Positions 19,055 through 30,149 of a stretch of DNA of 51,613 bases are shown here, one piece after another. The notes under the pieces are model-generated. The model did not search any database. It saw only the letters and a program-made list of their open reading frames with translations, and had not been told where the DNA came from. Both the position numbers and the translations under genes were made by a program. The stretch lies in assembly GCA_023257295.1 (NCBI GenBank), contig JALRCN010000022.1, positions 1 through 51,613 on the forward strand, read 5' to 3'. Every line of letters starts with the position of its first letter. The stretch's first letter is position 1. The stretch comes from Nitrosomonas sp. Lineage in GTDB: Bacteria; Pseudomonadota; Gammaproteobacteria; Burkholderiales; Nitrosomonadaceae.

Positions 19055-20356
19055 TTAACCGATTGCCTGTCGGTAAGCTCTAATGCAGCGCTCACGTGCT
19101 GTCACATGATTCACAATTGGCAACGGATAGGTTGATTTATTCCAGTCATGCACCCAAGTTTTAATATAATCAAAATGATTATCGAATCTTTCTATTTGCC
19201 TAGCTGGGTTAAAGATTCTGAAATAAGGAACTGCATCCGCACCGCAACCAGCTACCCACTGCCAATTGCCCACATTACTCGCCATATCGTAATCTAATAA
19301 TTTTCTAGCAAAATAAGCCTCACCCCAACGCCAATCGATCAACAAGTGCTTGATAAGAAAACTAGCGGTGACCATACGAATCCGATTATGCATAGAACCA
19401 GTAGCATTTAGTTGGCGCATACCGGCATCGACCAGTGGATAACCAGTAGTACCCTCGCACCAGCGCTGAAATTCGGATGTATCGTTGTGCCACCGGATTT
19501 GATCGTATTTCGGCTTGAAGCTTTTATTCGTAGTGTAGGGAAAATGCCAAAGAATTTGAGTGAAAAATTCACGCCAGATTAGCTCGTTACAAAATGTATC
19601 GCTAATCTCATACGACTGATGGATAACTTGGCGAATACTGACGGTACCAAAGCGCAAGTGCGGTGATAATTGCGATGTTCCTAAACGTGCCGGATAATCT
19701 CTGTCCGAAGCATAGCGCGTCAACATATTAATACCGATCTGGTAATCAGGAACAGTGATTCTAGACCGGACAAAACCGATTTCTGTCAATGCTACGCTAG
19801 GTAATGATGAGATTTTAACAAGATTGGATAACTGCTCCGCACTCGTATGGGGCATTACCGAAGTCTGAGAAAGCAACAACCGCCATTTGCGCATATAAGG
19901 AGCAAATACCAAATAAGGATTTCCATCCGTCTTTACGACTTCACTCTTCTCAAAGAGCACCTGATCTTTGAAGCTATGAAATGCCACTGATCTTTCATTC
20001 AGCCAGTGGCGAAGGATATTGTCACGTTCACGTGCGTAAGGCTCGTAATCATGATTAGTGTACACTGCGGCAACCGGGTACGAATGCAAGATACGTTCGA
20101 AAACTTCCTGCGGCTTGCCGTAATATAGTGCTACTGAACTGCCATGACTCTGCCTGAGTCGTGCACACAGTGCTTGTAGCGTATCGAAAATAAATGTTAC
20201 TCGCGCGTCGTCGCGCGACAGCCCGGTTAAGATGTTGGCATCAAAAATAAAAATGGGCAAGACTTTGTGTCCAGATGCCAGTGCATGCGCTAATCCCGCA
20301 TTGTCGTGCAACCGCAAATCACGTCGAAACCAGAAAATAGCAAGTGGTGAAGTCAT
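19055..20356 (-). CDS. phrB: Deoxyribodipyrimidine (CPD) photolyase
   Basis: WFRRDLRLHDN, TSQLSPHLRFG, ELIWREF, GTTGYPLVDAGMRQL, MHNRIRM, GNWQW, YFRIFNP. Confidence 0.93.
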   Translation of the reverse strand: MTSPLAIFWFRRDLRLHDNAGLAHALASGHKVLPIFIFDANILTGLSRDDARVTFIFDTLQALCARLRQSHGSSVALYYGKPQEVFERILHSYPVAAVYTNHDYEPYARERDNILRHWLNERSVAFHSFKDQVLFEKSEVVKTDGNPYLVFAPYMRKWRLLLSQTSVMPHTSAEQLSNLVKISSLPSVALTEIGFVRSRITVPDYQIGINMLTRYASDRDYPARLGTSQLSPHLRFGTVSIRQVIHQSYEISDTFCNELIWREFFTQILWHFPYTTNKSFKPKYDQIRWHNDTSEFQRWCEGTTGYPLVDAGMRQLNATGSMHNRIRMVTASFLIKHLLIDWRWGEAYFARKLLDYDMASNVGNWQWVAGCGADAVPYFRIFNPARQIERFDNHFDYIKTWVHDWNKSTYPLPIVNHVTARERCIRAYRQAIG

Positions 20357-20378
20357 AGCAGCTTAAAGACAACCAGAC

Positions 20379-21281
20379 TTAACAGTATAAGTCAGCCAAA
20401 GCTACCGATAACTCACCAAATTTGAATTTAAAATCGAATTCTTCCTGTAGCCGTTTAGGCGTAACATGGTAGCTATTCAATGCCAAAGCCGCCGCTTCGC
20501 CCAGCATCAGTTTCAGAATAAACGCCGGTGTTCGAAAAAATGTCGAGCATTGCAATATCTGACCTAAAGCTTCCGCGAATTCCTGATACCTCACCGGACT
20601 AGGCGCTACCGCATTGATCGCTCCTCGATAACGCAAATCGAGCGCCGCTACAGTATAGATTGAAACAATGTCATCAATATGTATCCATGGCAACCATTGT
20701 TTTCCATTACCGACGGGACCACCAAGTCCTAGCTTAAAAACTGGCAGCAGCTTTTCTAACATGCCACCGTGACCCAACACTACGCCGGTACGAATGCTCA
20801 CTCGACGTACAGCATTACTTTCGATTTTTGCCGTTTCTTGTTCCCAATCATGGCAAATAGTTTGCATGAAGCTAAGTTCTTCAGGCACGATATAAAATTC
20901 ATTATAGTACTCATCACCAATTCCAGGATAAATGCCGATTGCCGAGGCACAGACAAATGCATTCAAACTATTTGGTGCAGCGGCAACCAGCTTACGGGTA
21001 CTGAGAATGCGCGACTCGTAAATCTCGTGCTTACGCCTCTTAGTCCAACGTCCTTGACCCAAATTTTCACCCATCAAGTTTATGATAACATCACAATCTT
21101 TTACAGCTTCGGGAGGCACATCCTGCACAGCATAATCCCAATCAAACGCCGGTACGCCGAGCTGTTCTCCGGCACGCTCCCCATCGCGACTTAACACAGT
21201 GATGCTATGATGGTCTTGTAGTAAACGCTGTACTAATTGCTGACCAATGAATCCCGTTGCGCCTGTAATCAGAATTTTCAT
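20379..21281 (-). CDS. TIGR01777-family NAD-dependent epimerase/oxidoreductase
   Basis: ILITGATGFIG, RWT...IYESRI, DWE, RTGVVLG, GLGGPVGNGKQWLPWIHIDD. Confidence 0.9.
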   Translation of the reverse strand: MKILITGATGFIGQQLVQRLLQDHHSITVLSRDGERAGEQLGVPAFDWDYAVQDVPPEAVKDCDVIINLMGENLGQGRWTKRRKHEIYESRILSTRKLVAAAPNSLNAFVCASAIGIYPGIGDEYYNEFYIVPEELSFMQTICHDWEQETAKIESNAVRRVSIRTGVVLGHGGMLEKLLPVFKLGLGGPVGNGKQWLPWIHIDDIVSIYTVAALDLRYRGAINAVAPSPVRYQEFAEALGQILQCSTFFRTPAFILKLMLGEAAALALNSYHVTPKRLQEEFDFKFKFGELSVALADLYC

Positions 21282-21309
21282 TCTCAATCCCTTCCAACTC
21301 GTTCAAGAT

Positions 21310-21342
21310 TGTACCGTTGTGTATTAATTTGTATAAAGTACA
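21310..21342. promoter_or_regulatory. Putative operator: TGTAY repeats at 10-bp phasing plus an inverted copy, upstream of TIGR01777-phrB
   Basis: TGTAC at 21310, TGTAT at 21320, TGTAT at 21330, GTACA at 21338-21342. Confidence 0.45.
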
Positions 21343-21416
21343 TTTGATTTGATTATCACTTCCTCGAATCGAGTAATTGTCACATCGAATCGGCACCACC
21401 AAACGCAAAAAAATTA

Positions 21417-22415
21417 CTATCTAATTATCACTATCTTACCAACCGGATGATCTTGCTCCAGCATGCGATGGGCGTCAGCCGCATCCATCAAGGTAAAGGT
21501 TTTCGCCACTTTCACGCTCAATTTGTTTTCATCGAATAATGCAGCGCATTGCCGCAAAATGCCGCCTTGATGGCGCTTGGCCGCTTCCAATTCAAGCAAA
21601 ACGGGACTTAGCATCAATTCCAGGCTAAAACGTACATTGCGTTTCCTTGCTTCGCTCCAGTCCATCTCCGGGGTAGGCTGCAAGATCGTCACCACATCGC
21701 CGTACGGCTTGACGCACTGAAAACAGCTTTGCAACACAGCGGCGCCGACGGTATCGAATGCGATGTCCACGCCCTCTCCGGCGGTATAGCGCTTAACCTC
21801 TGCTGCAACATCCTGCGTGCGGTAATTGATCGCCCAATCCGCACCAAGTTGTTTCACAAAAGCGGCCTTTTCCTCGCTGCTTACAGTAGTAATGACATGC
21901 GAACCCGCCAATTTCGCCAACTGAATCGCAACATGCCCCACCCCACCGGCACCGGCATGAATCAGCACCGTTTGGTTTTGGCGGATGCGCGCCCGATCGT
22001 GCAGCGCTTCCCAAGCCGTAATTAAAACCAGCGGCGCGGCAGCAGCCTGCTCAAACGTTAACGCACGCGGCTTTAACGCCAGTAAACTGGCATCGACGCA
22101 CGCATATTCGGCACACGTGCCTTGGCGGTGATTAAAACCTGGCTGTGAAAAATACACTTCATCGCCGGGTTTGAAATTCTCAACTTGCGCACCCACCGCT
22201 TCGACGATCCCGGCGGCATCGCAACCCGGAATCACGGGAAAAGTAACCGGAAAACGCTCCGGTGCGGCACGCAACTTACAATCGATCGGATTGACACCGA
22301 TCGCTTTAATACGAATCAATGCTTGCGTAGCGCCGCAACCGGCGGGATTATCCACTTCCCCGTACTGCAACACATCGGCAGAACCGCCTTGCGTGAAATA
22401 AATCGCTTTCATCAT
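21417..22415 (-). CDS. MDR-family (zeta-crystallin-like) NADPH:quinone oxidoreductase
   Basis: GVNPIDCKLR, IPGCDAAG, LIHAGAGGVG, GKIVI. Confidence 0.88.
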   Translation of the reverse strand: MMKAIYFTQGGSADVLQYGEVDNPAGCGATQALIRIKAIGVNPIDCKLRAAPERFPVTFPVIPGCDAAGIVEAVGAQVENFKPGDEVYFSQPGFNHRQGTCAEYACVDASLLALKPRALTFEQAAAAPLVLITAWEALHDRARIRQNQTVLIHAGAGGVGHVAIQLAKLAGSHVITTVSSEEKAAFVKQLGADWAINYRTQDVAAEVKRYTAGEGVDIAFDTVGAAVLQSCFQCVKPYGDVVTILQPTPEMDWSEARKRNVRFSLELMLSPVLLELEAAKRHQGGILRQCAALFDENKLSVKVAKTFTLMDAADAHRMLEQDHPVGKIVIIR

Positions 22416-22437
22416 GCTCTCCTAAACGACTGATATG

Positions 22438-22989
22438 CTACTCAAGCGCTTCGTAGCGAATTTCAATCACCGTTATTTCTTCCGTGCCAGCAGGCGTATA
22501 TAGCATCACCGTATCGCCTTCACGCGCTTTAAGCAACGCCCTCGCCAACGGTGATACCCAACTGATACGCCCGCAGCCTGGATTGACTTCATCCAGACCG
22601 ACAATGCTATAGGTGTTTTCCTCACCGCGCGCGTTACAAATTGCCACCGTCGCGCCGAAAAAAACTTGATCGCAATCGCCGCGTTGCGCCGGATCGATCA
22701 CTTCGGCATTATCCAAACGCTTCGACAAAAAGCGCAGACGGCGATCGATCTCGCGTAAACGCCTTTTGCCGTAAATATAATCGCCATTCTCCGAGCGATC
22801 TCCGTTGGATGCCGCCCACGTAATTGTTTTAACCAGCTCCGGACGCTCTATTTTCCACAAACGGTCGAATTCTTCCTTCAAGCGCTTGTGCCCGGACGGC
22901 GTGATATAGTTCTTCACCCCTTGCGGCAGTTTCGGCGAATTGTCCGGCTCTTCCTCGTCTTCGTTTTCTTTGGTAAATGCTTTATTCAT
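22438..22989 (-). CDS. greB: Transcription elongation factor GreB
   Basis: NYITPSG, WAASNGDRSENGDYIYGKRRLREIDRR, ISWVSPLARAL. Confidence 0.95.
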   Translation of the reverse strand: MNKAFTKENEDEEEPDNSPKLPQGVKNYITPSGHKRLKEEFDRLWKIERPELVKTITWAASNGDRSENGDYIYGKRRLREIDRRLRFLSKRLDNAEVIDPAQRGDCDQVFFGATVAICNARGEENTYSIVGLDEVNPGCGRISWVSPLARALLKAREGDTVMLYTPAGTEEITVIEIRYEALE

Positions 22990-23048
22990 CCGATCTATAA
23001 TTGCCGAATGGATTAGGTGCGGTACGATAGCGAGGTTTCATCGTCAAC

Positions 23049-25250
23049 TCAAGCCGCACGAACAATCTTCCAGCAATAATGAATCCTGTTATCGCGCTTA
23101 AAATCCTCCGGGATCGTCTTGGTGCTAATATCCTCAATGACTAAGTCTGTCAGCTCTTCTTCGTCCATCTTGAAGCGGCGGAAGTTAGTCGAGAAATAAA
23201 GTATCCCGTTCGGCGCGAGCAACGCTGCGGCATTGCGGATCAATTGCACGTAGTCTTGCTGAATATCAAAAGCCTCATCCATTTTCTTGGAATTGGAAAA
23301 AGTCGGCGGATCGAGAAAGATCAGATCGAATTGCGGTTTTTGTTTTGAACGGACTTGATCCTCCAGCCATTGCATACAATCGGCGCGCACCAGCTTATGG
23401 TCGCCATGAATGCCGTTGAGTTCGAAATTGCGCCTCGCCCAATCCAAGTAGGTATTGGACATATCCACCGTGACGCTGGATATAGCGCCGCCGATGACTG
23501 CATGCACCGTGGCGCTGCCGGTGTAGGCGAATAAATTCAGAAAACGCTTGCCCTTGGCTTGTTGCTGTATCAACAGACGCAGCGGGCGGTGATCGAGAAA
23601 CAAGCCGGTATCGAGATAATCTTCGAAATTCACCCAAAACTTGCCCCCGCCTTCTTCGACCACATGAAAATGACGGGCATCGTCGAGCTTTTCGTATTGA
23701 TCGGTATTTTTCTGCTTGCGGCGGATCTTAAGAAACACTTGGCTTGCCGGAACTTGCAACACCTTGGCGATTTCTCTCATGGCGCCGGTGAGCCGCTGAT
23801 TGGCCTTGGCGGGATCGATGGATTTCGGCGGCTCGTATTCCTGCACGTTGACCCAGGTTTTATCGCCGCGATAAACATCCACAGCCACTGCGTATTCCGG
23901 AAGGTCGGCGTCGTACAGACGGTAACAATGGACATGATTCTGTTTGATCCATTTGCTCAGTTTCTTCACATTCTTTTGCAAGCGATTAGCGAACATTTCC
24001 GCTTGGCTGTCGATCTGCTCGACTTGCGCACGACGACTGATGTTCTCTACCCGTTCCTGTTGCGATTTGGCTTTCGGTTCGAAAAAAGATTTTTCTTCAA
24101 TCGCAAGCCGCAGCAATTTGCATTCCAATGCGCCGTTGAACAAGGTGACAGGTTTTTGCGAACGAATGCCGAGACGAAACCCAAGTTCCGGATCGCCGAT
24201 AATAATCGCCGCTTGCCAGCCGATGAAGCGTTGCTTCATTACTTCACCGAACTGGCGGTAAAGCGCAGCGGTTTGCTCTTCGTCGCCAAGCCGTTCGCCA
24301 TACGGCGGATTGCAGACGATCAATCCTTTCACCCAGCTTATTGCTGCGGCAGCATCGGCGATATCGCGTTTCTCGACATGAATTTTCCCCGCCAAACCGG
24401 CGTTTTCGATATGCAGCAATGCGGCAGTAACGGCATGGCGATCCTGGTCGAAACCGGCGATCACCGGCAATTGGTTCATGCCTATCTCTCGGCGGTTACG
24501 CGCCTCGATCAGCAAGCTTTGCCACAGCGCATCGTTATGCTGCTTCCAGCCCAGAAAACCGAAATAATCGCGCTGCAAGCCCGGCGCGATGTCACCCGCG
24601 ATCATCGCCCCTTCGATCAGCAACGTGCCGGAGCCGCACATCGGATCGAGCAACGAACCACCCCGCTTGGCGATGTCCGGCCAGCCGGCGCGCAATAAAA
24701 TCGCAGCCGCCAGGCTTTCCTTGATCGGCGCTGCGACATTGACATCGCGGTAACCGCGCCGGTGCAAGCTCTCGCCGGACAAATCCAAGCTCAGTTGCGC
24801 GTTGTCGTTATGCAAATACACGTTGACACGAATGCTGGGGTACTCGGTATCGACATTGGGACGAACGCCGAACTTAGCGCGAATTTGATCGACGATGGCA
24901 TCTTTCACTTTAAGCGCGCCGAAATGCGTGTTGTTGATCGCCGGATTGTTTTTGCTGCTGAACGACACCGCCAGACTGTCGTCTGGATTTAAGTGCAGCG
25001 ACCAATCGGTACGCTGAACACCGTCGTAAAGATCCTGCTGGGATTTGACGTCGAAACTGTCGAGCAGCAATAAAACCCGGCTGGCGGTACGCAACCATAA
25101 ACAGGCTTTATACGCCATGGCCAGATCGCCCTGAAACGCCACACCGGCCATTTTCTGCTGCACATGTTCCCCGCCCAGCGCCAGGATCTCATTGGCGAGA
25201 ATATCCTCCATCGCTTTCGGCGTGGTGGCGAAAAGCCGGTAATGATTCAT
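23049..25250 (-). CDS. rlmKL: Bifunctional 23S rRNA methyltransferase RlmKL
   Basis: THUMP region, LHRRGYR, DPMCGSGT, CNPPYGERL, YLDTGLFLDHR, LDPPTFSNSK. Confidence 0.95.
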   Translation of the reverse strand: MNHYRLFATTPKAMEDILANEILALGGEHVQQKMAGVAFQGDLAMAYKACLWLRTASRVLLLLDSFDVKSQQDLYDGVQRTDWSLHLNPDDSLAVSFSSKNNPAINNTHFGALKVKDAIVDQIRAKFGVRPNVDTEYPSIRVNVYLHNDNAQLSLDLSGESLHRRGYRDVNVAAPIKESLAAAILLRAGWPDIAKRGGSLLDPMCGSGTLLIEGAMIAGDIAPGLQRDYFGFLGWKQHNDALWQSLLIEARNRREIGMNQLPVIAGFDQDRHAVTAALLHIENAGLAGKIHVEKRDIADAAAAISWVKGLIVCNPPYGERLGDEEQTAALYRQFGEVMKQRFIGWQAAIIIGDPELGFRLGIRSQKPVTLFNGALECKLLRLAIEEKSFFEPKAKSQQERVENISRRAQVEQIDSQAEMFANRLQKNVKKLSKWIKQNHVHCYRLYDADLPEYAVAVDVYRGDKTWVNVQEYEPPKSIDPAKANQRLTGAMREIAKVLQVPASQVFLKIRRKQKNTDQYEKLDDARHFHVVEEGGGKFWVNFEDYLDTGLFLDHRPLRLLIQQQAKGKRFLNLFAYTGSATVHAVIGGAISSVTVDMSNTYLDWARRNFELNGIHGDHKLVRADCMQWLEDQVRSKQKPQFDLIFLDPPTFSNSKKMDEAFDIQQDYVQLIRNAAALLAPNGILYFSTNFRRFKMDEEELTDLVIEDISTKTIPEDFKRDNRIHYCWKIVRAA

Positions 25251-25302
25251 AAAGCGATTCCGCGCCTACCGGCTCGAACTTGCCGGACGATTGCCAATGC
25301 CG

Positions 25303-25689
25303 TTACTCACAACGATATACATTGCCGATAAAAATAATTTCCTTATCCATTCCGGGAAATTCATATTTGCCTGTGTTATTCGAATGAATGACATGAACGT
25401 TATTACCTCCCAGCTGTTGCGCTTCGGCAACCAGATTTCTTCTCGCTTTGATCAAACGCTCGGTATACGGCGCATCGCCTGCGTCGGTTTCGCTTTCTTT
25501 CGATGAACCTTTAACCTTCCCCAGCAATTCGCAGCCGCCCGGGCCTTCGTCGCCCAACGTGATGATTACGGGTTTATTCCCTTCCGCATGCGCCGAAAGT
25601 GCGACATAGCCTAAGAGAATCAGCAATAGCGCATATTTGATCGGCTTTCTGATTTTATTGATAACTTGCATCGACAACTCCTGAAACAT
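25303..25689 (-). CDS. Small exported protein, DUF4156/YbjQ-like fold
   Basis: Signal-like segment, CELLGKVKG...AQQLGGN...GNVYRC. Confidence 0.6.
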   Translation of the reverse strand: MFQELSMQVINKIRKPIKYALLLILLGYVALSAHAEGNKPVIITLGDEGPGGCELLGKVKGSSKESETDAGDAPYTERLIKARRNLVAEAQQLGGNNVHVIHSNNTGKYEFPGMDKEIIFIGNVYRCE

Positions 25690-25710
25690 CGTTTTAAATT
25701 CTGTTATCCA

Positions 25711-26676
25711 TCAAAGGCGTTTAAAACGCTCGGCGGGTTGATCCAGCCAGTGCATCAAACCCAAGGTATTCAGCTTAATGTCCGACCGCAACAATTCATC
25801 AATATCGCCTTCCGGCAAACGGCAATTCCGTTCCGCCAGGCGACGCAGCAACAATTCCCGCAGCGCTGCGGCAATCGCCGATTCCCGGTCGGGATTGTCT
25901 TTTTCCCGTTGTGCGATTTCGACGTGCGCATCGATAAAATAATGCATCGCTTCCGCATGATGCGCCAAATGACCAACCCGGCTGTAGTGGGTCAGATACG
26001 CATAACGCGGCTGGTACGCCATGATGCGATCGATCGAGGCATGCGCCGCTTCGGGATCGAATTGCACCGGGGAAGTGGTCGGAAAGACGAATTCCATGCC
26101 GCCGACATCCAATTCCCGGTATGAAACACCAAAAGTGTCGCCGGTAAAGAACGATTGGCTGCGTTCGTCAAAAACACAATTGTGATGACGCGCATGGCCC
26201 GGCGTATCGAGAAACAGCAGCAGACGGCCATTGAAATCGAGACGAAATCCGTCGGCGGCTTCGACGATGCGATCGGCATCGATCGGCAAAATCTCGCCGT
26301 AAACACGTTTAAATTCCGCTTCGCCATAAACGGCTACCGCACCGGCCACCAGGCGCGCGGGGTTGGCCATGTGGCTGGCACCGCGCGGATGAACGACCAA
26401 TGTGGCGTTCGGAAACCGGCGCATGCATTCACTGGCACCGCCGGCATGATCGAGATGGATATGCGTCAGAATGACATAAGCAACCGCTTCCGGCGCAATC
26501 GATTTCCGTTCCAGCGATTCGACGACGCCGGAAATGGAATCGTTGGTGCCGGTATCGATCAGCGCGGCTGCGCCGTTCTCCACCAGCAAATGAATCGCCG
26601 CGCGTTTTGGGCGATGAAATTGCGCATCGATAGCGCTAATACCGTATTCATAGTCGGTAACGAGGGATGATGACAT
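25711..26676 (-). CDS. MBL-fold metallo-hydrolase
   Basis: THIHLDHAGG (HxHxDH), TPGHARHH, FTGD, THY. Confidence 0.9.
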   Translation of the reverse strand: MSSSLVTDYEYGISAIDAQFHRPKRAAIHLLVENGAAALIDTGTNDSISGVVESLERKSIAPEAVAYVILTHIHLDHAGGASECMRRFPNATLVVHPRGASHMANPARLVAGAVAVYGEAEFKRVYGEILPIDADRIVEAADGFRLDFNGRLLLFLDTPGHARHHNCVFDERSQSFFTGDTFGVSYRELDVGGMEFVFPTTSPVQFDPEAAHASIDRIMAYQPRYAYLTHYSRVGHLAHHAEAMHYFIDAHVEIAQREKDNPDRESAIAAALRELLLRRLAERNCRLPEGDIDELLRSDIKLNTLGLMHWLDQPAERFKRL

Positions 26677-26729
26677 ATTTTTTGAATGTGCTCGTAGCTC
26701 TATTGTTTTATTCGCGCGACAAAACCGGT

Positions 26730-28703
<1,974 letters not shown>

Positions 28704-28818
28704 GCAATTCCTCCGGCATTTCATTGATTCATGACAATGGTCAGGATTGTATCACCGGCATTGGTCGCGATTGACACTTCTTGCGCTTTACAGCATGCCG
28801 GATATATACCTTCAAAAC

Positions 28819-28860
28819 TTGAGATCGATCAATGCGATTGAATTTTTTTCGGATTACAAT
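28819..28860 (+). promoter_or_regulatory. Putative FNR/Crp-family class II promoter
   Basis: TTGAG-ATCG-ATCAA (9/10 match to TTGAT-N4-ATCAA) at 28819-28832 and -10 TACAAT at 28855-28860. Confidence 0.65.
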
Positions 28861-28893
28861 GGCTATCGTTCATTTATGTTTAGGAGATCTCTC

Positions 28894-29271
28894 ATGGGAA
28901 CAAAAATGACTTATCCCGGCTTTCATCCCGTTGCCCGTCACGACGGCATTTTTCAGGAAAAAATCCACGATGCCTACAAAATCAAAGGCAAGCTCGCGGA
29001 ACCGACGGTATATCCGGTATGCAACGCGGTATTTCATGAAGGACGCTGGCACTGGAGCGCCACGCCGGTCGATGCGCATCGGCATAATTGCCCGACATGC
29101 CAGCGCATCATGGCGGTTGAGGAAAAAGACAACGCCACATTGATCACAACCACCGACATTCATCTTGCGCGCAGCATCGCGGAAGCGATTCATCATGCTT
29201 ATCAGGGTCACTTGGAGTTTCACTACAATCTGGAAGAAAATCTGCTGCGTGCACAACATTGGTCGCATTAA
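28894..29271 (+). CDS. BCAM0308-family protein, apparently internally deleted
   Basis: VCNAVFHEGRWHW, CPTCQRI, ITTTDIHLAR..AYQG motifs; AGGAG RBS; 125 aa. Confidence 0.65.
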   Translation: MGTKMTYPGFHPVARHDGIFQEKIHDAYKIKGKLAEPTVYPVCNAVFHEGRWHWSATPVDAHRHNCPTCQRIMAVEEKDNATLITTTDIHLARSIAEAIHHAYQGHLEFHYNLEENLLRAQHWSH

Positions 29272-29326
29272 CAGCCTGTTAAAGTCGAAGGTTTAATCGT
29301 TTTTCCCATCGATTGAGGAGAAAAAA

Positions 29327-29776
29327 ATGACTATCGGTGAAATTTGCAATCGCGAAGTAATCGTCATTCAGCGCGACGAGACAATCCAAGAAGCAGCCAA
29401 GCTGATGCGCCAATTCCATGTCGGCGCCATCATTGTAATCGACAAACCCAATGGCGGAACGGTGCCGGTTGGCGTGATAACGGATCGCGATCTGGTGGTC
29501 GAAGTCATGGCAACGGAACTGGATGAAACGGTGATTACCGTCGGCGATATCCTGACGCCGGAGCTCTTCGTAGTAACGGAAAATACCGCAATCGACGAAG
29601 CCATTGAGTTAATGCGCAAGAAAACCGTCCGGCGTTTGCCGGTCGTGGACGATTCAGGAGAATTGATCGGCATTCTGACGCTCGACGATGCTTTGCAATT
29701 GCTGGCGGAACAATTGCTGGATCTTGCCAAGCTGGTGCGCTACGAACAAAAAAAAGAAGAGCGACATCGCCCATGA
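29327..29776 (+). CDS. CBS-domain pair protein
   Basis: AAKLMRQFHVGA..GVITDRDL; VRRLPVVD..LIGILTLDD. Confidence 0.9.
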   Translation: MTIGEICNREVIVIQRDETIQEAAKLMRQFHVGAIIVIDKPNGGTVPVGVITDRDLVVEVMATELDETVITVGDILTPELFVVTENTAIDEAIELMRKKTVRRLPVVDDSGELIGILTLDDALQLLAEQLLDLAKLVRYEQKKEERHRP

Positions 29777-30149
29777 CCTGATAGACCGTTGAGTCAATCA
29801 TTCGATTTGCGGAGAGAAAGCGCCGTTATGGAGTCGCCTACTATCCCTGCCCTACACGCCCGTCGATGTCATTGCGTTGGGGCCAATGTGTAACGTCGCG
29901 ACGCAGCGTACGGGCCTGAAAACAGTGCTACTGCCCGTATGCAATCAAAAGGATTACGCGATGCGCCGAAAACCACGCGCACGGCAATGCAATTTATCCC
30001 GCTAAAAACTGTGGATGAAGCCATTCAAGCGGCATTGCGGCAAACCAACACATCGCTGCCGCCACCGACATTCAAGCTTGTCTGATAGACTATCGGGAAT
30101 CGTTGCTTATTTTCCGTTTAACTTATCCAAGTCTTGTATAGCAATCAAA

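Noticed and set aside
12479-21416. Attachment sites or terminal repeats bounding the light island
   Set aside because: Only short poly-T/A similarity at the edges; no integrase, transposase or tRNA
29780-30149. Possible sRNA or small ORF between the CBS gene and pgi; N-terminal extension of Pgi
   Set aside because: No recognisable RNA family, convincing structure or coding signal; Pgi-like sequence begins at 30150
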